In this document: positions 38,331 to 48,214 of the stretch, piece by piece | How the letters are laid out: every line of letters begins with the position of its first letter | How positions within the stretch are numbered: the first letter of the stretch is position 1 | Source of the DNA: Chlorokybus atmophyticus | Lineage: Eukaryota > Plantae > Mesostigma and Chlorokybus algae | NCBI GenBank assembly: GCA_009103225.1 | Contig: RHPI01000260.1 | Span: forward strand, 568,203-632,202 | Length of the DNA stretch: 64,000 nucleotides | Direction: 5' to 3' | Program-made: the position numbers and the translations under genes | The notes under the pieces: generated by a model | The model's input: the letters and a program-made list of their open reading frames with translations, nothing else | What the model was told of the DNA's origin: nothing | Database searches by the model: none

Positions 38331-38361
38331 ATTTAGGGTTGCCAGCTCACGAACCCTAAAT
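38331..38361. promoter_or_regulatory. 10-bp perfect inverted repeat made of telobox-like motifs, upstream of the MTase gene
   Basis: atttagggtt-(11 nt)-aaccctaaat, 65-95 bp upstream of the ATG at 38266. Regulatory role is inferred only. Confidence 0.4.
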
Positions 38362-38752
38362 GGGTCAAACTTCAAGTGAAGCACGACTGTACCTTATACG
38401 CTATTGCAGTACCATGCATGGTACTACATCAACATGAATGGTACTCTATCTGTTAATGGTACTACAGTACAAGGATACTCGCATACTACCACGATCGTAG
38501 AGTAATACTGTGCTGTTATGCCATGGAACCCAGAGCGCTGTCCGAGTTTGGTCCTGTCAACCACGCTCTAAACCAGCGAGGTATGCAAGCCATGCACTGA
38601 CTCATGCGCCGGGCAGTCATCATACACATGTACAGCCAATGCTTCTAACAACAGCAGATCTCTGGTGCACCATGCACCATGCTGCAACTATACATGTACC
38701 TACATGGTTCACAGGAAGCCAACACAAAACTACAATACATGCACAATTGGCA

Positions 38753-41700
38753 TCAAGGCGGGGGCCAAATCACCGCCGACACGTTGGCGTCTTGCATCAG
38801 GCGTGGCGACCAAAACGGGTGAGGTTGCTTGCAGAATGGACACGCTTGTAGATTCTTTGATTTATTTGCCACAGTCTTCTGATGTGCTATGATGCAGACA
38901 TGGCACATCGCTTTCTTGCAACAGGGCGTCTCCCCATCCGCTGGGGGGGGTGGCTCTTCAATGCGACAAATCAGCACACATGGTGCACGCGGGTGTGCAA
39001 GCTGCCTCTGCCACCAAACTCTGTTATCGCGTCGCAGGCGTAGCGACTCCCATCTGAATGGCGCAGCATAACGCTCCACTGCCTGCTCGATCACCTGACG
39101 CCCATCTGCCGCCATACACCACCTGCTGGTCTTGGTGGTCTCGTCCAGCATGCGTTCATCCAGGCCCTCGACATGGCTGTCGTCACTCGTGTACTCCCCC
39201 GCATCGTCATTTTCTTCGAGCTTCCACAGAATCATCTCGACGTGCCGTATGACATACAGCCACTGCCAGCCAAAGCATGCCAAGTACAGCTCGAATGGTC
39301 TTACTTGCCACCCAGTATGTTTGCTCAGGTAGTGGCACACATCTCGACCCGCATTAGTCGACATCGACAGGTACATCTCCTGCAGCAGGTCGAAGTTCTG
39401 CTCCGCAGATAGCTCTTGCACGTTGCCGGGTTGCTGCGGCAGCAACAACACCATCGTATCGAGGACGGCGAGGGGCAACAACGTACTATGGATGGCCATA
39501 TCGTGTATGGGTTCCAACCACGGCCAATCCCCAGAGGTCTGTTTAAACCGCATTCTCCGCGTTTGCTCCCACTTATTGCAAACTTTCGTCACCCACCTCG
39601 AGGCATGCCGCATGCGGTGATGCAGCGCGTCTTGGGCGTACTGTAGGGTGATCAACTCCTTTGCACTACGAGTCAGCCCCCCAAAGCGTCTGCGCGTCGG
39701 TGCTTTGAGCTTAGGCAGCTCGTGCCGCACCGGCTGTCTCTCTGGACGATGCTGAGCAGCCACTTGACGCTGTAAACCCGCTTGTGCCTACTTAGGACAC
39801 ACAGTCAGCCCCAGTGAGGCTTCAAGGCGCTGTGCTTCTTCTAATGTTGTAACGATGCCTCACCTTTCCTTTTTTGGTCCTGTCAGCGTCATTTGTTCCA
39901 ACAACCTTCTTCTTCTTGTTTTTTGTCACCCTGCACATCCTGGCAGGCGCTCTCCGTGGCACTGTCACTCAGAGGAGGTAAGGCGTTATCTTCTTGCTCC
40001 ACAGCCTTGCGCTTGTTGGTTGCCTCCCGTTCCTCCACGACCTCATGTTGCTTCATGAGGTCGAGCATGAAGCCTTTGTCTTTCAGCGCAGCTTTCAGGA
40101 CACCTCGATCAATCTCTTTACCAACAAGACAGGCTGGGATCAATGTGGCAAGCTTAGAGGGAGAGGGCGAGCTACAGCTGCTTCTTGATGGAGATGCCTC
40201 CGGATGGTCAGAGTGCGGTGGCAAGTGAGTCTCCGCGGCAGGAAGGGAGGGTGCTGAATTGGGATTGCGAGCATGTGGCTGTGGTTGAGGGGAGGCAGGA
40301 TGTGCAGAACACTCGGCTACTTCTTGCCTAGCACACGAAGGCGAGGCCTGAGGCGTTGGCGCAGCACTCTGGGTCACAGCCGGTGGTAGCGGGGAATTGG
40401 CAACGCCATTCCGCCACTCTCCGATCAGGTGTGTTACCTCCGGTGGCACTTCATGCATAGGCCACGACCACTGTTCGGTGCTTGCAGGCTTGAGGAGCCA
40501 AAAGTGTGCTTCTGGCTCATCAGGAGCAGTGTTGCCCACCACCAGGACTGAGTTGGGGGCTTCTTTATTTCCAACCCAAACTGCGCTGCCGGGCCGTGGC
40601 ACCCACTCCCCATGCTCGCGCTGAACGGTCACGCAGCCAATCAACAAGCCCAGCTTGTTGGCAAACATGGTCATCTGCAGGTGCTCGACGTACACATCTT
40701 TTCTCCGCACGATCTGTCGCACCTTGGCCATGGCTAGGTCAATGTTGCAGTTGATATCAGCCAACATGCTCGCAGGCAGTTTGTCGTAAAACTGCGCCAT
40801 CTCTCCCGCGGCACCAGTGGCTCTGCAGAAGTCTAGGATTCTGCTCGCCACGCCTGCATCGACAGCCTTGGCGGTGATTTTGCGGAGAGTGTGCCCCCTG
40901 CCGTCGTCGTCCATGGTGTCCAGCATGGCCCAAAATCTGCTCGAGCTGGGGCACTTGTGATCATCCAGGACACTTTGCGCTATGGATGGCCTGGCGCGAA
41001 ATACACAATGGTAGAAGCAGTTACCATCCGTTGGCGCATTGAAGTGGTCCCATGAGGCGAGCTGGCCACCTAGCATGACTGATGGCCGTATGCGGGTTGC
41101 GGCCAGCTCCTCTGATGACTCGCTGGCAGGTGGTGACCCCTGCTGCATGCGCATACAGCACTCACATGGTGTGTCCAACTGTGGACGGCAAGAGTCACAG
41201 TGACTGATAAAGTACCTGAGTTTGGGGCAGACTGCCGGCTTCAACTTGCAGCGGGTGGGGTAAGGTAGGTGCAGAAGCCACATCGGTTGTTGCATTGTGC
41301 TGTGGTCTCGCCGGTGGCGGCAAGAAGGATTGTTGCCCCGCAATCACCGGTGCTGCTCGTGGAGGAGATGGCAGTGCACGAAGGACTGGTGCCGCGGAAG
41401 GTGGTTGCGCTCTGGCTGGGAGGGGAGCAGGAGCTGCAGGTGAGACCACTTGTGCATGCAGCAAGGGGGGCTGTATACAGGACCCAGGATAAGATGGCTC
41501 ACAATGTTGCAAAGGACGAATATAAGCTTATGCAGTGCCTGACGCATTGTTACCAAGGCACGAGCATAAAAGACAGCGACTTACCTCAATGGCCCGTGGG
41601 CTGCATGGAGCAGGGGAAGCCATGGGGCTGACAAGGTGGTATTGGCTGCACTCTCCCCGCCACCCTCAATGGCAGACTCGTCACGGAGCTCTTGAGCCAT

Positions 41701-41844
41701 GGGCACATCATGCGCCACTGCCCCAATGGACATGTCGGGATTCAACAGGCCAACATGCATGTTAAACTGATGCCGCATTGCCGCCGCGCCCATCAGCAAG
41801 TGGGATTGAAGGACCAGTTGATGGGATTGAATCCAGGCTTGCAT
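38753..41844 (-). CDS. Pro-rich N-terminus + OTU-like cysteine protease + probable C-terminal RING-variant zinc finger (one frameshift or two genes)
   Basis: PTDGNCFYHCV ... EAHFWLL (OTU Cys/His); CVLIC...PCCKKAMCHVC...CPFC (RING-like). Removing one A from the A6 run at 39919-39924 joins the ORFs via the donor AAG|GTGAGG. Confidence 0.65.
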
Positions 41845-42311
41845 AGGAGCTCCAACAGGACTTAGTGCACTGTGGTGCTGTCAACCAATCACATGTGGGT
41901 TAGCTGCATGCTTGCGACACTGCAATTGCAATAGTCAACTGCGTCACACCGTCATCAGTTGGTTGCTTCGAACAGTCACCTGCGGCATTGCTGGTTGATG
42001 CACGAATGATTGCATGGACTGCGTCATTGCTGGTTGATGCACTATTGGTTGAGGCCGGACGAATGGCCACGCGCTCCTGTGCACAAACCAAGCCAACTTC
42101 GTTCGGCACGCGCGCGCGACTTCGCACGCTCACGCACATCCTAGCATGGAAATGTAGGCATGCATTGGAGCCGACGTTGCAGTCAACATGCACAGCGAGA
42201 TTGGCAACAACATACCGCCGCCCAGCTCTGTCTATCTGCTCTTGCTTCCGCAATGTCGGCTTGACTGTAGGGTGGGTATGGGTGAATAGTGGAGGCCTGC
42301 AGCCACGCTAC

Positions 42312-42872
42312 ATATATCAGCACAATGAGGAGCATATAAGCTAGCAGTAGTTGCTGCTAAGCAAACAACAGACCGTGTGGGGAGCTACAAATGGCTGATG
42401 GCTTATATGGCTGATAAACAGCAAGGCAACTTGCATTACAAGCACAATAAGGAGCATACAAGCTATCATAGCTATCATGATGAGCCCCGTCGTAACTTAA
42501 TCAGTTTGAACGTGCTTGTACTTACTTTTCTCGCTGGAAACAAACGCGCCGAAAAGGCGTTGAAACTTTGTATAAGTCGCATTAACAATCAAATGCCCCC
42601 CCCCCCCCCCCCCCCNACGGGCTGTTTATCCATACGTGAACATAACATCTCAACAACACAAAACAGCCTTATGCTTAAGTATCAACAGCCATGTTGAATT
42701 GAAGAAGGATATAAGACAAAGCCTTGCGCAATTCTTTTGCGCTTATAATAGAATAACACATATTTTATTGTATAATACGGATGCTAACTTAGCAGTGCAT
42801 GCGGCTACAGGCCATGGGCAATCATAGCCCCATAGTTCGGGCAGTCACGACAGGTGTGGTGTTACTCATATG

Positions 42873-42917
<45 letters not shown>

Positions 42918-43735
42918 NTCTCTCTCTCTCTCTCTGTCTCTCTCTTCGTATTTTCGTAAGCAAGCTTTATTGACTTACTGTGTGCTAACGTGATTTAATC
43001 GCGATAACCAACAACTTGCTCAAAGAGTATATATAATATCACATGATTACATGTGTATTAAGAAAATTATATTGTGCATTTGTGTATGTGCACGCCGTTT
43101 GTTAGCTACCAGATTTGAAAAACATGGAGTGCTTCTTGATAAAAGGTGATTGCATTAAGTGTGAGATGCATTGCACATGTAGCAAATTCATTTGTACCGC
43201 ATAGCTACATTCGATTATTGTTAATAATCATTACCATTGCAGTGGTGTCATCATGTGCAAGACATAAGCTAATCAAATTTAATGATAAGTATTATTAAGT
43301 ATATGCGCCGGCCGGTTGTGGTGTCTTTAACAATGTCACAGTTGTGCAAATGCGTGCACTATGGATTACGAGCGATCAAAAAACGCACAATAAGTTCTTA
43401 TGACACGCTGCTATAAGCTATAGCAATTTTGTACCTTATAACACTGATGCACCTTGTTGCATTGCATGGTACTCATAGAGTTTCAAATTGCATCTTACAA
43501 AAGCTCAAGGTGACTTTGATTGACCGCTTGTATAACACATGTAACAATATCATGCAATATGAATTGTGTTTGCAAGAACCTTTATTAGAAACCATAACTG
43601 CTCACTGGTATATATGCAAGGCAGAACCATATATGCAATACACTTGTTATTGCATTCAATGTCCAACGACTTGGTGACAAGCATTCGCAATTTGTTGCCA
43701 TACAAACAAGTGCATCAAGAAATATCAACTCGCAA
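42312..43735. repeat. Copy of the CSP41b-Ddl spacer of unit 2 (~55152-56577), including poly-C and (TC)n
   Basis: Colinear similarity, e.g. gcaacttgcattacaagcacaataaggagcatacaagct and ...aaatatcaactcgca. Confidence 0.85.
42875..42944 (+). repeat. (TC)n microsatellite containing a single N
   Basis: Read directly. Confidence 0.95.
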
Positions 43736-44070
43736 CGACTGCCAGACATGGTCGTATAGTAGTTTCTCTGATACGGCAAGTCACAATGTAACATAGTTTC
43801 AGAACAAGTTGCGACATTGTTCTGTGCAGAAACGACTGATGCTGGTGTTGGCTCATTCACTCAAAATGCTGGCGCTTGTCTCTGTTCAACTGCTCTTGTC
43901 TGATGCTGCAGTGCATGCTGGCCATGCATTTATACAGTCAATTGGTTATGTACATGTCAAGCACACCAACAGGACAAGCATCAATCATCAATTGCAGCTC
44001 GCTAGCAGCTAGTCTAACCCCCACATCATGCAATGCGCCAGGGGGTTCCTACGATTGTTTCAAAACCACG

Positions 44071-45430
44071 CTAGGTGAGAGTTCTCCTTGAAGATCCGTC
44101 GTGAAGAAATGCGTCAAAGCGAAAAGCAGCAGCATGAACACAACCTGCGTGTTCATGATAGCAAAATGGCTGATGCTGGCGCCGATCTCCGCCCAGCCTG
44201 CCGTGATCGCGCACAAGGAATAAGAAATGTAGTGCCATCACGTCGTGCAACAACAAGAGCATACTGTAGAGGCCGAGGCGCGGGAGGCTGCGTATGCGCA
44301 AGACTGCTGCAAAGGCGCACGTCACCAACACGAAGGGCACCATCAGCTTGCCCAGCAACAACACCGTCATCAACCATGGGTAAATATGGTAGTGAACCGA
44401 TACACGGATGAGATCTCAAAGCTGGCCACGCTCGCGACGATGGCCGTGCCGAAGAAGGCCATGTTGACCAGAATCAGGAAGAGAAAAGTGCAATGCGGGC
44501 GTCCCGCAGGTGCAGCCGACTTGCGTGTGTTTTAATGTGATGGGAAGCATTTGGAGAACTGCTTTCGGTTGCGGTCGGCAGCGTGGCCGCTGTTGGGTTG
44601 GGTTCAGGAAGCCTGTCAGCTTCATACAACACCCACGCCATAAGTGTTGCCGCCAGCGCCCAGTAGAACAGAGTCTCATACGATATGCTGAGCATCAAGT
44701 GCACGGGAGCGAAGCCGAGCATGACAGAAGTAAGCCGCGTGACAAAGTACGGGGAAGACAAGGCCGAAAGCACCATCGATGTGAAGGCCACAGTCCAGTT
44801 TGCTACTTGATGCGCAAGCGGCAGCCCTTGCTTCTGCGTGCGCAGGCGTGTTGTGTCATAAACCAACCATGTTGTCACGCCGACCGTTGCTAACCGAAGG
44901 ACAAGCAGCTTGGACCCCATTGGCAAGCCGGCGCCTCTGCCAGCTGCAGTCAAGGCCAGCACCAACACCAACACGCCGGCTGCGACAACCAACGGCGTGT
45001 CCTCGCCAAACTTGACGGGCAAGAGCGTGAACACGCTCAGACAACAGCAGGAGATGGGGCTCAAAGACCCAAGTGTTCTCCTGTTTGGGGATGCAGTGAA
45101 GGCCCACACGCCAGCAATGATGAAGAGACCCGTGTAGATCTCACAATAGAAGAAACTGAACACGACCGCCTCCAACAGTAGGAAGCCTGCCAGCCACTCA
45201 GCAAGGACACCGACAGTACGAGCCCTGTGCTGTGATGTCCGTGAGACAAAACTGCTTCCCAGCGCCTTCAGCAGCGGCTTTGCATGATGCAGCACTTCAG
45301 TCCAGAAAAAAGCCGGTAAGGCAAGATACGCGTCGTACATGGCAGGACTGCGTTCAACTAGCAACATTGCCATCAGCAGCCCCCCAATGCAGCCGATAAG
45401 CCTGGCCTTAGTGTATCTCTCTACACGCGC
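44071..45430 (-). pseudogene. PIGN: Intronless C-terminal PIGN fragment (~450 codons), 5'-truncated
   Basis: 329-aa ORF with multiple hydrophobic segments (LLVERSPAMYDAYLALP.FFW, VVFSFFY.EIY, LMLSISYETLFY), continuing after a frameshift into FLVRDHG...ISHF. Confidence 0.88.
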
Positions 45431-45469
45431 GTACTCTGACCCGTGCGCCGTGTACATGCGCACGAGGTC

Positions 45470-46065
45470 TGGACCCTATCGTATGGGGATGATGTGTTGT
45501 ACGCTCCGGGACCGGGCGCAAGACTTAAGACACAAGTGTGCATGCGTGAGCAGTGGCATGTAGGACACATGTACACTATCCCAACATCCCAACATGTGTA
45601 CCGGGTGACGCGTAGAATCGTTTCACCTTGGTGGCGAAGCCGCTGATGGCCCCGCCGCCGCCGTGCGCGGGGCTCGTCAAGGGGTTGGAGGCGTGAGGGC
45701 CAGACCCCTCGCTGTTGTAGAAACCGGGGCCGGGAGTGTACTTGGAGGAGCTGCGGGAGTGATGAACACGTGTGCGTGTGCGTGTGCGTGTGCGTGTGCG
45801 TGTGCGTGTGCGTGTGCGTGTGCGTGTGCGTGTGCGTGTGCGTGTGCGTGTGCGTGTGCGTGTGCGTGCGTGTGTGCGCGCGCGCGCGTGTGCGCATTAC
45901 TCGGGTGTTCGTGCGTAGGTGTGTGTTGTGGCAAACATCTTCTGTGCGAAGACGTTGGGTGTGCTCAAGTTGTGTACCTGATGGCGTCGTTGAGGGAGCG
46001 CTCGCTGGACGAGAAAAGCGCGTACGCATGGTCGCGGGAGTATTGCGCAATATCCACGTAGCTGA
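45470..46065 (-). pseudogene. STPG2/SHIPPO-like gene fragment, three exons with introns
   Basis: YTPGPGFYN and APGPGAYN repeats; AG acceptor intact here. Confidence 0.65.
45770..45865 (+). repeat. (GTGTGC)16 intronic microsatellite
   Basis: Read directly; only ~3 units at the homologous site 22731-22748. Confidence 0.95.
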
Positions 46066-46161
46066 GAATAGTAACAACCCAGTCAACAACAACAGGGTTC
46101 ATCACGACTGTGCAGTTCAGCTCAGAACAAACAGGGTACAACCACGAATATGCCATCACTT

Positions 46162-47160
46162 TCATCGTACTGAACACACGCACACACGCAATAGGATATC
46201 TTCCAGCCCCGACAGTCTCCCGCGCCTGCTGCCGGCAGTCATGCCCTCCAGGCCTCTCCTGGGCGACCGCATGATAAACGCCATGATAATGATTGAACCC
46301 AACCTCTCCACAGTTGTAAGAGTTGTGGGCCACAATGTGTGGGAGATGATCCTGAGTTCAGTGCTTATATCAAACTGTGGCTCTGCTAACAGCTCAAACG
46401 TCATTGCTGAACTGCTTGCCTCGTCCCCGTTCCAAACCAGCAATTTCGCATACACAGTTGTAGCCGCAACCGCAAGCACGGCATGCTGCAACATGCACAT
46501 ACCGATACCAAGCTTCATGAGCGGGTTGGAGTGTTCCTGCCAGAGCAAGGCGTAGTGCTCTTTCTCAGCACATAAGCTATAATGGGCAGCGAGTCGTTTG
46601 CGCTGCAGCATTTATCAACACATCATCGTCCTGAGCCGCATCCTCCTCGTCATTACTATCTCCATTCTCATCCTGCAGCGAGCGCTGAAAAGTGAGAATA
46701 AGGAGTTGCCAATGGTACGACAACAAGAGAGAAATATGCTGCTTGAGACCGCACCACTTCTTGGCAGTTGGCTTTCTCTTGCAATAGCAGGAGTGCTGCA
46801 TCCGACACGCGTTGGAGCCGCGGCTGGAGAGCTGCCATGCCCACGGATATCATGACCTCTGTAGCGATGCATGCACATGCCTCACGATCAGCGACAACAT
46901 CTCTTTGTTGTCATCGTTATGAATTGCGCAAAGGTATGTTGACTCTGTGTGCGCCAGAACTGCAATGCACGCGGACTCTGCTTGCGCACGCATGCGCGGG
47001 ACTCCGCCAGCACCTGGAGTGGCTGGCGCGACACCGTCGTGTTCACAAACACAGAAGAATGGATGCTGCTGGCGTTCAAGCAGTTGTTCCATCCTGTGCA
47101 CGAGCAAAGCGCTCAGCATGTTGGCTCCCTCACATACCTGAACCAAGCACGTACACACTC
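46162..47160 (-). pseudogene. Unidentified exon-like fragments
   Basis: Protein-like stretches (ELLAEPQFDISTELRIISHTLWP...RSPRRGLEGMTAG; VCEGANMLSALLVHRMEQLLE...). The first is partly repeated at 23060-23285 and 25430-25560. Family not recognised. Confidence 0.35.
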
Positions 47161-48214
47161 TTGCACAGTGCGCACAACAAGACAAAGATTTGTTGCAGGA
47201 CAGCATGAATGGTGAGGAGCAACAACTTTGGAATGTTTGCTGCTCACCACGTCTGAACATGATTGTTATGAACAACCACGCTCAAGTGTGTTGTGAGCAC
47301 CTCCTTGTCTACATCATGAGAGCTGCTTCAGGTGCGTGTCAAGCAGAGAGTTGGAAATACAGTTGCGCTTTTCACACAGTTCTTTGATTGCTTTAGTCAC
47401 AACGGATTTTTGACATTATGGGCCGCAAGAGCAGCCCACAGTCCATTGTGTGCAGCGGTGACACTGACAAGACTTTGCTCTGAGCAGTTGCAGGTGACTG
47501 TGCATGTCTGGTTTGCAGAAATTACTTGCACCAATCAATGTCGCAAGGACAAGCCAGAATTACTACCAAGACTGCCACAGGTCATCCGGCGAGCAAGGCA
47601 GTGCTGCTTGTGTGTGCATGTGTATGCACTTGTGCATTAAAAGTGCGCACTGACATGTGCATCTGCATGTGTGCGGCAGACGTGCAGTAGATGTATATGT
47701 AGTCAACACTGTATTGTTGATCTCATTGACCATAATGGACGTGACGAGTAGCCAGAAGATTAGCCACTACGAGTTTAATTGCCTATGGCAGTGCAATCCC
47801 AAACAACACGTCCACGCTCACAGCCGCATGCACGCGCACGCGCGCGCGGACGCATGCATAGACATTGCCACATACATTCTCGCACACATGGATGCCAAAA
47901 CGCGCGCGCACGCACGTGCGCACACACGCACCTGAGTGCCCTGCTGAACGCACTCCCCGGTTTGCTGCTGTCCCTTGCGGTGAGTCATAACATCTAAGGT
48001 CCTGATATCCGCACCATCCAACGGCTCCTGCCGAACAGTCATTGACAATCAGAGAGCAATGGAAACTCGCTAATCGCGCTGGTCAATGGTTGCCATTGCA
48101 TGTGACGCAAGCAACCTAACACCACTATGACAAGGAGGGAGTAAGCTGAACACTAGCAACATCACACCTTTTGACACGCAACAGGTCAAAAGAGAACATC
48201 CAATCCAACAAAGA

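Larger units (their letters stand above)
31152..42310. mobile_element. Putative ~11 kb Plavaka-type DNA transposon (or remnant) with cargo genes
   Basis: Unique sequence between a break in CSP41b homology (31151) and resumption of unit-2 homology (~42312); contains a Plavaka transposase. No TIR or TSD found; the right boundary is approximate. Confidence 0.65.
21790..43980. repeat. Segmental duplication unit 1 (PIGN/STPG fragments, K1, truncated CSP41b, inserted element, spacer)
   Basis: Starts with aattgcagctcgctagcagctagtctaa...catcatgcaatgcgcca, also found at ~43990. Colinear homology with unit 2. Confidence 0.85.

Noticed and set aside
31152-42310. Terminal inverted repeats (cacta near 31102 and 31320; tagtg near 42288)
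   Set aside because: Matches do not extend beyond 5 bp and no TSD was seen, so termini remain undefined.
45421-46555. ORFs with HTHT, CVCV, AHAH or ACAC repeats, also common in introns elsewhere
   Set aside because: Translations of CA/TG-rich intronic microsatellites, not proteins.
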